Source of the DNA: Gnetum montanum
Taxonomy: Eukaryota > Plantae > Gnetophyta
Assembly: GCA_015680685.1 (NCBI GenBank)
Contig: MNCI01000614.1
Coordinates: 118,692 to 182,691, forward strand
Direction of reading: 5' to 3'
DNA length: 64,000 nucleotides
Shown: in pieces, positions 39,244-51,717 of the stretch
Layout: the number at the start of each line of letters is the position of its first letter
Position numbering within the stretch: the stretch's first letter is position 1
Notes under the pieces: model-generated
Told to the model about the DNA's origin: nothing
Database searches by the model: none
What the model saw: the letters and a program-made list of their open reading frames with translations, nothing else
Made by a program: the position numbers and the translations under genes

Positions 39244-42200
39244 GTTTTAATTGCAAACATAGCTAAAAAAGGATGTCAAATTTCATTTAACCATGATGAT
39301 TGCAAATTTTCAAAAGGGAAAAAAAGTTGTATTGAAATCCAAAAAATCATTTGATAATATTTATTTTGTTGAAATGATTCCAACTTAAAAATCTGAATAA
39401 ATTTATATTTCCAACCTCACCTAAATTCAAGCATAAGATGAAGATGATCATGAAAAAATTAAAGATGATTCCAACACCATTTCAAAGATGAATGATGTAC
39501 CAAAGCCTCAAGTCAAGTCTAACATGAGGCTTTGCAAAATATTTAAGAAGAACATGTCCACACAAAAAATTCCAAAGCATAAGAAACCCCACCAAGGAGA
39601 AAGAAACCAAAGATCATAATGATTTCCAAGAATATTGACAATTTGTTGTTTCATAAAGAACTTGAAGATATACTTCTCATTGTGCCCTAAAAGAGGGACT
39701 ATTAAAAAACAAGATGCATGGAAAATGTTTCAAGCAATAAAAATTTTTCTAAAACTAAGGCAAAAACCTTGGGATGATATATTTTTGATGATTTTCTAAT
39801 AAAAAGTTAAAGGAAAAATAAATAACAAATGTTAAGCTCAAAATTTAAAAATATATATTTCATTTTATGGTAAGAATGGGTAAGACAAACTTGGCCCTAG
39901 GTGATGTACATTGCCCCTACCCAGTTCTATAAGTAGGTGGCCCTTTCTCTCCTTTGTAAGGAAGAAGAGAAGAATTCTCTTGATGATGGATGAAACCTTT
40001 TTGATGAATGAAGAATTGATGATTCCTTTGATGATCCAAATAAATAATTTTAATACCAATTCTCATTGAAGAATGGTGGTTGTTAATGTGTCCTTTGGGA
40101 GAACCAACATTTTACCAACGTATTGCAAATGATTACACCCACATTGCAATGTGCTTGTACTCTAAAACACCTAGTTATTGTAAGGTATCATAGTGCTTTA
40201 GTTGCAGCCAAAATTCACAACATGTTACTTGATAAACTTATGAATCACCTATAAAGCTACCACTTCTTTGGTGAAATTTATGAATTATATAGCATAATGT
40301 TGTATCAGTTGTCAATTTATAGTAAATAATAATATTTATTTTAATAAATAGATAAATAAAATTTTGTAAATGTGAAAATGTGATTAGCAGTAGAGCTAGA
40401 ATTATCTTGGGATCTTAATGATCAACCTAGATACATGATCAAAACTACGATGCATTATCATCATGATGCTTTCATCCCATTAATATGGGCTAACTTGTTA
40501 AGGTAGGTGAATAATTTGGTGATGGTTTTCTAGGCACCCTCTCTACCTGATACCATTGCTTGAATGTAATTTACCATTCACCATGTTAGCACATTTCTCA
40601 ACATACTCGCTAGGATTGAACTTGTGAATTACAAACCACAAGGCACATGTTGTAACCAAGTGACCTATATCTTGCTAACATGATCAAAGTTCTAATAATA
40701 CAATCATCAATAAGTGTAGCTTGTTGCTTAAGAATTGTAATCTGTATCCTACAAGTTAAAAGTTTGATTCTAGTTGGTTATACTAATTTATGATGCTAGT
40801 TTGCAAACTATTAAAAAAAATCATAACATTTAGTTATAGTCATAATAAGTAGAAACAAAATTTAAAAGTAATAGCATTAAGGAGATGTGTTTTATTGTTG
40901 TTACTAAAAATGATAACACATTTCTTTAAAGTAGTACAAGGGCTTTACGATTTCCAACAAAGCCTTTACCAGAGCTCATGAATGATTTCATCTTACTATT
41001 AAATTATTTTAACCAACATCAAGTACTATTAATGCATGTCTAATTCTTGTAAATTGATAATAGAAATGACAAAGACTATCATGTACATAGCCAATTCTAT
41101 CTTTCTAGAAGCACCAGTGGGCCATTACTAGGAACATCATATAGTAGCACATGTGCATAGATTATGCCAAGTTTAGCTTAAGAATTGGCAATATGAATGC
41201 TTCAAATCTTTGAAGAATTATTTATAGTATGTAGAGGCCAATTAAGATTTCATGAACATTATATGTTATTGATAGAAGTTGAGGATTAACATGTCTCTAG
41301 GATGTTATCATTGGTGAAACAAAGATAGAAATGTATGTCAGTAATAACCTTTGAAAAAAATGAGAATTTCCAATTTGTAAATTCAAAAAGCATGTACATA
41401 AAAAGTTGAAAATTGAAGTTTTATGTATCAATTAGTCTATTTGGCCAACATTTCCTTCACAAATTTATTCAATTCATATATTTAGAAACTAGAATAGGTA
41501 GTCTCCACATTTCATATGTGCTGATGCATCAATGCTTTTCAAAAAGTCACACTTGTGACATGACCTTTTTGGGGTTAAAAGGATTCTACCACCACTTTTG
41601 GCCTTATGAACATAAGATGGAAGTGATGTTTATGTGCATCTTAAATCTTAATGATGCAGGTCACTTTGTGATTCAACCATTTTATAAGTAAATATTGTTT
41701 TTACTAATTGTTTGGGTATTCAACTTTAAGTTTTTATGTTTATTTGTTCATCATATGGTCCCTTTATACTAAATGATGAGTGGCGAGGTACCCCTACACT
41801 CAACCATATGAAACGAGCGTAGCACGCGCGATCCGGTCGAACTCTGCAGACTAAATGCCTACACGCCCCATGGAATACTTGGGGTTAATCATTCATTGTC
41901 TTCCCAGACTTACTTGTAGTTGTCACGGTGTATGGTTAAGTAAGTTTGAGGTATATAATTTTTATGGTCTTTTATGGTTTTATGTCTTCTATGCTAAGAG
42001 AAAAGGGTTGAGAAACTAGCTAACTCTAACTAAGGACTAAGTCTAAATTAACTAGTGTCAGCATCCGTTCCCACTTACTGTACACACCCTGAACTATGCA
42101 ACTGTGGCTACCAAATGCTAATCGTTACTGGGATCACCACACGTAATGCACGTGCTCGAAGTGGTCATACTGAGGCACTTAACTAGCCTAAACGTGATGA

Positions 42201-42649
42201 GTAGTTAATTCCTTGACTAGCCGTACACATTCGTAGATGCTCGTAATCAAGTCGTACTCATCCTGCATTCTAGGAGTTGAGGGTGAGAGAGACTAATCGC
42301 GATGAGCAGCCGATTCCTTGATTAGTCGTACACATTCGTCAATGCTCGTAATTAAGTCATATTCATGCCGCACTAATGCAAGTAATAAATAACATGTAAG
42401 AAATAACAGGTAATAAATCCTATTCCATGCACTACAAGGTTTATCCACAAAGCTCGTCTTTATTTCCATACACAACTTGCGGTTAGGTACAAAGCTGCTT
42501 GAATAAAGATCCGTTCACTTGGGGACTCCTACTACGGGCACATGGAAAATATTCTATCTCTGGAGTGATCAAACTACCAGAGTTTCACTACTTTAAGTCT
42601 AGGATGGGAAATAAGGGGAGTGCCACCTCTTATTTATAGATTTGGTGGT

Positions 42650-42797
42650 GGACCATGATATCACGTATGCGATATCGCAGGGGACGATGCGATATCACGT
42701 ACACGATATCGCATGGGATGCGATATCGCGGTGGCCACGATATCATGGCGGCTGCGATATCGCGTACGCGATATTGCGGCTTGTGCATATCGCATCT
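42650..42797. repeat. Array of palindromic (C)GCGATATCGC(G) motifs in LTR U3
   Basis: About 9 copies of GATATC-centred palindromes. Only about 2 copies at the equivalent position of the sister LTR (48800-48830). Confidence 0.9.
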
Positions 42798-44439
42798 CAT
42801 CATACCCCCATGACTAAATGAAAACTCGTCCTCGAGTTCCTTACAACAATATCGGGAAGGTATGGAATTATTGAGGGGAATGGAACTAATGGGATGACAT
42901 GTGAACTGATCATTATTACAAGACTTGACAAAACTAGTGTTCATGACAACAAGGGTGAACACCTTATTACAATGACATCAGGCCTTAGTTGGCAGTTGAG
43001 AAAGAGAGAGAGAAAGAAGTGTTGCTACTACCAATGCCAAGATTGTGCCTTTGTTGTTCATCCATAAGCACACCATCAATCTTGCTCTTTGCATAGCTGC
43101 TTCAGTGCTGCTCCATTCCAAGTGTTTGCTCCAAATCCAATCTGTTGTTGTATGATTGCCATCTGCACACACAACACAATCTTATATTAGCAAGGGTAAA
43201 TGAATCATCATGTAATTGATACCTTGCTTTGGTGTAAGTTCATTGGCTAGGTTGTGGTATGGCTAATACGGATCTGGAAATATATTGATGATGACTACCG
43301 AAGGTGTAGNNNNNNNNNNNNNNNNNNNNNNNNNNNNNNNNNNNNNNNNNNNNNNNNNNNNNNNNNNNNNNNNNNNNNNNNNNNNNNNNNNNNNNNNNNN
43401 NNNNNNNNNNNNNNNNNNNNNNNNNNNNNNNNNNTGACAAACCCACATTCAAAGAGTTCGTAGGCTCTGGGAATGTCATTTGAAATAAGAGTTAGAGTCT
43501 TAACCGCGAGTGTTTACCAAAAAGAAAACAATGCATCAACCAAAATATATACACTAATGATACAACCGGCAATGAGGTGAACAATGGAGAGAAGGGTGGA
43601 GAGAAGAGAATGGAATGGAATCCCAAGAACAAGGTGGTGTACAGCCCCTTGTGTGTTTTATGATTAATGTGACTTGGCAAGTCTCATTTCAACTCCGGCC
43701 TCAAACCAACCATATCCAGTGACTTCACATTAATGCATTTGGCTAAACCATCCACCTGGATAACCAGAATGCCTTCCCCAAGAGTCACCACCATTCTGAT
43801 GAAACAAAGGAGAGAATGGGAAGCGAGAAGGACCTTAGTTAGAGGGAACACTTTTGGTTCCATAACCAGTGCTTGTAGCCCAAGTTTATTCATCAAGTTT
43901 ATTCATCTAAGGGGTGTGCTTTGAATTCTCACTTAGTTTTTTGTTTTGTTTTGTGTTTTTATGTGTGAGAACCACACCATGTAAAGACTTCTTATTTTTA
44001 TTGACTCAGCTTCCGATAATTGGGTAACATCGGAATGGCAAGAAAACTCAAGAAGAAAACATCCAAGCACCCAAGAGAATGACTAAGATAAAAACATCAA
44101 GTTCCCTTGAAGTCACACCCTTTTCAACCCTTGAGTCCTTCCTTAGTTTGAGAAATACCCAGTCACTGATTTGTTTAAGTTCTTATCAGAAGGGGACTAT
44201 ACATTTCCAAGCCGAGAGAAACCATAGAAATTGGTGGATGGATGGATGAAGTGATCTCATTGCCTACCATATCAAAAGAAACATACCTTAGTATCAACAT
44301 TGTGACTTAAAGGTAAAAACCAAACATTAGCAATCAATATGAAAATAGTTTATACCATCATTCCGAACACTTATTATGGGACAAACTTACATGGTGGAAC
44401 ACACACACACACACACAAAATGGAAAAAGTATAACGATG

Positions 44440-44570
44440 TTGTAAAACAAAAAACAAGAAAAGTTAAAGAAATTTGTAAAACAAAAACTAGAAAAGTTAA
44501 AGAAATTTGTAAAACAAAAATGTGTAAGACAAAAATATGTAAAACAAAAATGTGTAAAACAAAAATTGAG
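44440..44570. repeat. A-rich tandem repeats (TGTAAAACAAAAA units) in the element 3' UTR
   Basis: Directly visible. Confidence 0.8.
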
Positions 44571-47500
44571 AAAGAACTGAGGGCCTCATATGATCAGCAT
44601 AGGTGGCCATCTCCCCCATGATTGAGTTGTAAGGGAGAGATCCGAAATAATGAACGTCTGTTTGAATTTTGTAAAAGTGCCCAACTTCTCCCAATTGATG
44701 ATTTTAGATTGAGGGATGGAAGTTGGCNNNNNNNNNNNNNNNNNNNNNNNNNNNNNNNNNNNNNNNNNNNNNNNNNNNNNNNNNNNNNNNNNNNNNNNNN
44801 NNNNNNNNNNNNNNNNNNNNNNNNNNNNNNNNNNNNNNNNNNNNNNNNNNNNNNNNNNNNNNNNNNNNNNNNNNNNNNNNNNNNNNNNNNNNNNNNNNNN
44901 NNNNNNNNNNNNNNNNNNNNNNNNNNNNNNNNNNNNNNNNNNNNNNNNNNNNNNNNNNNNNNNNNNNNNNNNNNNNNNNNNNNNNNNNNNNNNNNNNNNN
45001 NNNNNNNNNNNNNNNNNNNNNNNNNNNNNNNATCTTTCCACAAATGTTTATCCTAGAGATTTCCAAGGAAAGATCGTGGATCCTAAGGCATGCATCTACT
45101 GTACTAAGCCATGCCCTTCCCATTATAATTGGGAAGTCCCCTTCGTTGTTGTTTACTTCAATCACCAAAAAATTAGCTGGGTAAGACCAACCACACACTG
45201 TGGTAATGATGTCCTTCACCAATCCCAAGGGAATGATGATGGACTGGTCTACCAGCTCTAGTTGAATGTTGCTCTTCTTAAGTTGGGACAGGTTCCAGGC
45301 ATGATACATCTCTTGTGAAATTAAGTTGACTTCGGAACTTGAGTCAAGAAGAGCCCTATGTGGTTCATTTCAGCGATCTGTAAATAGATTAAGGGACTCC
45401 TAGGGTCAGTTAGATTCCTGGGAAGGTGGCCCACCTTGATCCAGTCAGTTACGGTATGCGTTAACATAACCATATGCGTTAAGCTCTGATTTTGGACGGA
45501 AGGGTGCTCCGAAGAGTTAGATGGTGGAGGAGTGTACATGGGCCCAACCACTTGTTGTTGCAAGAGTTTGTCTGGGCTTTTAGTTCTGAAGTAAGGTATT
45601 CTCTTTTTATAGTTGTCAGAACCAGCAGCAGGTTAAATATTTATAGCTCTCGTAGCATGACGTTGCTGCGGTTGAGGAGGAAGTTCCCCTTGCATTGTTG
45701 GAGTAGGAGGTGTTATGGGAACTACTTGTGGTGGAAGAGGTGTGGATGGATTAGGAGGATGGTGTGGGTATGGAGTGTCTCCCGGAGGAGAAGGAGTCCT
45801 TCTGAAGTACTCCCGAACTTGGTAGTGACGGTTGGGCGTTGTGTGACTCATAGAGTCACTTGGAGAAATCAGCTGCTGCACATANNNNNNNNNNNNNNNN
45901 NNNNNNNNNNNNNNNNNNNNNNNNNNNNNNNNNNNNNNNNNNNNNNNNNNNNNNNNNNNNNNNNNNNNNNNNNNNNNNNNNNNNNNNNNNNNNNNNNNNN
46001 NNNNNNNNNNNAGTAAGTGATTTTCCCCTTACCCTTGTTATGTGTAGAGCCTAAATCTCTCCACTTTTTCTTACCTTTGTCACTACTTTGTTCTACCTTA
46101 GACTCTTCTACAATTTTTAAGACAGTTTCAATTTTAGAGTCTAAGGAACTCCATACGTCATCTACCTTAGCTGCTATTTCTCTTATTAATTTTTGGATCG
46201 GCAAGGTTTTCCTGTTCACCAACTCTTTGATTGGTGACTCATCCTCTTCATCACAAAATTTCAATGCCTTCTTTCGAAGGGAGGGATCGCAGTTGTATTC
46301 TTCTGCACTTTCCCTTTTGCGTAGCTTACCTTCTTTTTTTGCTACTTGTTCCAACAAGCTATGTACTTCATGGGCTCTAAGTTGTGAGAGTCTCCCTTGG
46401 GCATAAGTCCCAAGGGTTCTTCTAGTTTCATGCCTTAGCCCATCCACGATGTGGCGAAGTTGATCTCGCTGAGCATACCCATGGCCCGGGCAATGATGTA
46501 ACAATGTGTAGTAGTGAGCCATGGTAGCATCCAAGGGTTCATATGTACCTTGCTTCCAGCCTTGGATTTGCTTATGCAGATTGGACACTTTGGAGTACAT
46601 CTAATACTTTTCGTTGAACAGTTCTAGCATCGTACTCCACCTCCTGATGGTTTCCGGTTCTAAGGACCAGCACCAGCTCTCTGCTTCCTTGGTGAGTGTC
46701 CTTGGGAACAACTTAAGTTTTTGCCATTCATTTTCTATATTTTGCAAGGCGCAGACATTGTGGAATGCCTGTAAATGATTTTGGGGATCTGCATTATATC
46801 CCCCTTCAAATCGTGGGATGTTGTTCATGTCTAATCGTTTGATTTGACTATCTTTTAAATGCCTTGTGGGAATCCTAACTGCCTTCGTGATGTCAAGCAT
46901 ACTTCGGGTTACGAGTAGGGGTTCATCATGATCATCTCTTTCATGACGCCTATGATTTTTGCATTGTTCCCTACTCTCCCTACGTCCTTGCCCTTGTCCT
47001 CTCTCTCGACTTTCCCATTGAGGTCTTTCATCCTTCTTACTTTTATCCTCACCTTTATGTTCATGGTGGCTGTGCCCAGATGTGGAAGGAGAGGGTGAGT
47101 GATGGGATGAAGGAGAAGAAGAAGGGGAACCATCACCATGACAATGTTTCTTGCCTTCTCTTTGGCTTCTACGGCCCCAATCGTGGTGACGATCTAAGTG
47201 CCTGTCCTTAGCATAAGTGGTTTTTCCATCTATCAATAGTTGGCGTTCACAGGCATCAGAACCAGGGATGTGTATTGTTGATCGTAGTTTTTGATACCCA
47301 ACCTCCTCATCATCATTAGGAGGGGGAACATCATTTGTTAAAGAACCCGTGATAAGGGTTCCTCATCTCCTATATTGCTAAGGACGTGTGGGATCTTGCC
47401 CTTCAACAGTGCATGTTGACTCTCCTGCCTTAAGTCCCTCATACGTTGGGCATCTGTGGGATAATAATCCCTCATGTCAAAATCTTCTGCAACGTATTCA

Positions 47501-49306
47501 ACAAATAATTCAGTCATGCTTATCAATGCCAAGGCATGGAAAAGCATGAGAGAGATTGATCGGTCTAGGGGTAACACAATGTTACCTTGCAAATCTCTCC
47601 ATCGTAGCTGTTCGTCTTGATGGAAAATAAAAGTAAAATTAGGAATATACTCATCGGGATGAGTATATGTCATCTTATATTGTTTAGGACTTGGTTGATT
47701 TTGGTTATGTGTTTTATGTTGCCGACTGTCTCGTGTATGGTCCTTAGGTGGTGAGTTGCTCTTATGAGAAGAAGGCATTTTTATCGGTGTGCTAATTTCA
47801 CCGTTATATAAATTTTCTCTTTTGATTAACCCGAAGATTTGTTAAGGCTCACAACGATCTGAGTGATATCCCTTATGTTCTATTCGGCACACAAACACTT
47901 AGTCCCCGACAATGGCGCCAATGATGAGTGGCGAGGTACCCCTACACTCAACCATATGAAACGAGCGTAGCACGCGCGATCCGGTCAATCTCCGTAGACT
48001 AAATGCCTACACACCCCATGGAACACTTGGGGTTAATCATTCGTTGTCTTCCAAGACTTACTTGTAGTTGTCACGGTGTATGGTTAAGTAAGTCTGAGGT
48101 ATATGATTTTTATGGTCTTTTGTGGTTTTATGTCTTCTATGCTAAGAGCAAAGGGTTGAGAAACTAGCTAACTCTAACTAAGGACTAAGTCTAAATTAAC
48201 TAACGTCAGCATCCTTTCCCACTTACTGTACACACCCTGAACTATGCAACTGTGGCTACCAAATGCTAATCATTACTGGGATCACCACACGTAACGCACA
48301 TGCTCGAAGTGGTCATACTAAGGCACTTAACTAGCCTAAACGTGATGAGCAGCCAATTCCTTGAGTAGCCGTACACATCTATAGATTTTCGTAATCAAGT
48401 TGTACTCATCTCGCATTCTAGGAGTTGAGGGTGAGAGAGATTAATTGCGATGAGCAGCCGATTCCTTGATTATCCGTACAGATTCATCAATGCTCGTAAT
48501 CAAGTCATACTCATGTCATGCTAATGCAGATAATAAATAACATGTAAGAAATAACAGGTAATAAATCCTATTCCATGCACTATAAGGTTTATCCACAAAG
48601 CTCGTCTTTATTGCCATACACAACTTATGTTCAGGTACAAAGCTGCTCAAATAAAGATCCGTTCACTTGGGACTCCTACTGCGAGCACATGGAAAATATT
48701 CTATCTCTGGAGTGATCAAACTGCCAGAGTTTCCCTACTTTAAGCCTAGGATGGGAAATAAGGGAAGTGCCGCCTCTTATTTATAGATTTGGCGGCAGAC
48801 CGCGATATCGCGGCTTGTGCATATCGCGTCTCATCACTAAATTATTGGAAATCATAGACAATCAAAATATTTGTGCATGTTATATAATTTACTTATTTGT
48901 AATCACAAATTGGCAAACTGCCTGCAAAGGACATTAAAAAGTATATGTGGGAAATTAGAATCAAGGAAGAAACAGCTGAAGGAATTTTAAAGGATTTGAC
49001 TCTAAGATCATTGCACGAACTTGAATGTACATATATATTGTTTAACTAGATAAATACAAGCAAGTTGGTTTACTATCACATACAATTTTTCTGGTTATTC
49101 TGGATTTTATACTTTAGAACAAGATCAATATAGAAAATTAACACAATATTGTTACAAAATTGTTATCTAGAGTATTTTATTCTATATATTTTCAAATGGA
49201 TTTCAACCTAGTGTGTTGGCACATCATTTTATCTAGAGTTTCTTGGGACAGAAAGCATGGCAATTATTCAACTCAAGGAACTATTTGCTTTTGCAAATCA
49301 GTACAA

Positions 49307-49720
49307 TGTTAGAATCATCTGAATCGACCAACCCCTAGCCCCCACCCTTGGGGAAAAAAAAGAGTGTCATGGTCAGACATGTAATTGGGATCAGTGTTGA
49401 GATTACCATCAATAAAATAATCAGAGGATTCTAGAAGAATATTGCCATGTTCAAATGGGATATCTTCATTAGTGATGAGATTGTAATGTTGTTTAGAAAG
49501 GTTACGTGCCTTAATAAAATGAACTTTGTGGGGATAATGATCCTAGTTAGGACATTTATTAGCAAAGTGATTTCCTTTGCAAAGGAAGCACTTAACATGA
49601 CTGCGTCAGACCTTTGTTTTTTGGCATTTAAACATTCCTCTAAAGTGTTTGGATGGGATCTTTTGATATCTTTAGCATGATCAGATGTGTTGCTTTATCT
49701 TAAAAGTTGAAAATGCATGT
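49307..49720 (-). mobile_element. Retrotransposon gag fragment with zinc knuckle, truncating the last HisRS exon
   Basis: Minus-strand SHVKCFLCKGNHFANKCPN (~49545-49605). Confidence 0.6.
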
Positions 49721-49989
49721 TTTTGATCATTTGTCATGAAAGTGCTATTACTTATCTTTTTATTCATGTTTCACAAGGACTAGAGTGTTGGATGATGAGA
49801 TATTAGTTTATTTGTAACTAATAACAAATTGGTTTAGAGATAGGTTATTTGATCCTCAAGGATCAAAGTTTAAACTTCAGGATTTAATTCTCTTGTATAC
49901 CATTTGAAAGGCTTGGTTGTGCTTTATATATAAGGGGTAGCTCTTAATGAAAATTTATTTACTCCTATGGTAGTTGCTAGGTTTTTTTT

Positions 49990-51165
49990 ATTTTTATTTT
50001 TTGCTACTTTTTAATGTTGTTCAACAAAGGGGAGAGAATAGTTATGGATTTTTGCATGTCTACTAATCCATTTTCTTAAGTTTTGAACATCACCAAAAAG
50101 AAGGATATTGTTAACCTTTCAATATGTCAAAACCTTAAGGAAAATGGAGAATAAAGGATGTTTATGTAATGTTATATTTACAAGACAAGGATTCACAAGC
50201 AAAGTTGACATTGTCAAGATCTCAAGGAAGCATGTGAAAATTCAAGAGCAAGGATAAGGAACGAAGATTTTAAAGTTCAAAGAAATATCAAGAAATAAAT
50301 CTCCAAGAAATAGTAGATTTCTTGGCTGAAGTAAAGGAAAATTGGTAAAGACATCTCTAGGAAATAGCAAACATCTTGGCTGAATTGAAGGTTGCTTAGA
50401 AAATGATGTCTTTGAAAAACTACAGATGTCTCTCTCACTAGAAAGATGTCTTCATGAAGACATCTCCACAAAGACATCTTTCCTATGGAGAAGACATCTT
50501 TCTAGAATGAAGGTTTGATGTAGAAAGATAGCTTTTAGATAGACGTTTCATGAATTTCAAGGTGATTTTGAAAACATATTATGAACTATCAAGTGTTAAA
50601 ATCAAGCAATCATTGTATACATCATTTTCTTATTCTTGTACCCCATTGTACTATCTTTTGTATTGTTTTAAGTGATCAAAGTGTGCTGTACCTCAAAGTA
50701 CAAGGATTAGCAAAATTAGTTGCATCCTTTCCTTGTAATTTTTCATTTCTCTTTTGTTACCTTATGGGGTTGATGTGCTTCTTGTGGGAAGGCATCTTGC
50801 TTGAGCATGTTGGGATCTTGCAGGATTGACTGTTAGTGTAGTGCCACAATATTGCAAAGTTGATCTCAAGTTGTAAAGGTTGTGGGATCCTGGAAATAGA
50901 ATTCTAAGCTTGTCGAGACCTTATGGGTTGAGTGAATTTGTTGCGTTGAATCACTCTGGAGCAAAGCTTAGAGATTATATAGGGTATGGTATCCTTCAAA
51001 TCACATTTTGAGAGCAAAAACGTTTGGAGGTATGTTAGCAAACTACCCTCCAAGTGTGGACTACACAAGTTGGGAAATCACATTAAAATTTGGTGTGTGC
51101 TTTGGTTGATTAATTTTTGTCTTGGGGTTATTCATCCTTCCCCCTTCTAAGTTCAATAATCATCA
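49990..51165 (+). mobile_element. SIRE (Sirevirus)-like 3' end: multiple PPTs and LTR (50109-51165)
   Basis: CAAAGGGGGAGA..CACCAAAAAGAAGGATAT-TGTT junction, AGACATCT/AGATGTCT repeated motifs at 50340-50550, and ATTCATCCTTCCCCTTCT...CATCA end. Confidence 0.6.
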
Positions 51166-51717
51166 AAAAGAAAACTACTTTTTATAACCATAGTAGAGTA
51201 CATCCCACCCTCCCACATCCCAAAGCATTGTAGTAGCATTGCAATCTGTAGTGAAACGTTTGGTTTCTAAGGTACGTACTAGCCATTCTTTGGTGATATA
51301 GTGACCAATCTTAAGTGTAGAATCAAATATTTCTAAGGCCTTTGATACAAGGATTATGTACAGATCAGAGAGTTTTGAAGCATCTGCTACAAGGTTTGAA
51401 TGCATATCAAAGACTTATGAGGCCTCTACTACAAATCTTGAATGGAAATCAAAGATTCTTGAAGCTTTTAGAAACAATGCCTAGATCTATATTTTATGAA
51501 ATTTTATTTCACATTTAATAAAATTTTCCAATGTTTTTAGCTATATCCTTTCTATATCTTACGTACTAGCATTTCATTGTTTGTTGATCTAGTGATTTGA
51601 TCTTCATTTGCACATTTGCCATTCCTTCTTCCCACTTACATTGGGCTGGTAATAAATTTTTAAGTTCCTTGGCAATTGACAAGACTGCCTATATTATTTT
51701 GGATCTTTTAGGCCTAT

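Larger units (their letters stand above)
41774..48836 (-). mobile_element. Non-autonomous Athila-like gypsy element (gag plus protease only), inside the HisRS pseudogene intron
   Basis: 3' LTR 41774-42802 and 5' LTR 47922-48836. TSD CTAAA on both sides. PBS TGGCGCCATTGTCGGGGA (47903-47920) and PPT next to 42803. Gag ORFs 47778-45869 and PR ~45380-45032 are homologous to the 12438 element. Confidence 0.95.
28795..49306 (+). pseudogene. HisRS: Organellar (plastid/mitochondrial) histidyl-tRNA synthetase pseudogene, spliced, six recognisable exon remnants
   Basis: Exons: ~28795-29136 (IDVNPPKGT*DFLLEDMQLRNWLF); 29215-29310 (VSRLFVFEEVDYPILESEEL*VRKGGEEITEQ); 30012-30100 (LYNFEDKCNCQVALRPELTSSLAQVVMQKG); 30221-30349 ([38 protein letters not shown], 1-bp frameshift); 48909-49026 (IGKLPAKDIKK...ILKDLTLRSLHELE); 49237-49306 (FLGTESMAIIQLKELFAFANQY). 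These match plant organellar HisRS motifs and have GT-AG boundaries, with one acceptor mutated to AA. Confidence 0.92.

Noticed and set aside
39500-40450. hAT transposase remnant
   Set aside because: Only faint motif hints (W*LY, GCN*ST) and a possible terminal GATC cluster. Too degraded to call.
43240-46054. Long ORFs containing X runs (also 23916-24245)
   Set aside because: Artefacts of reading through N gaps.
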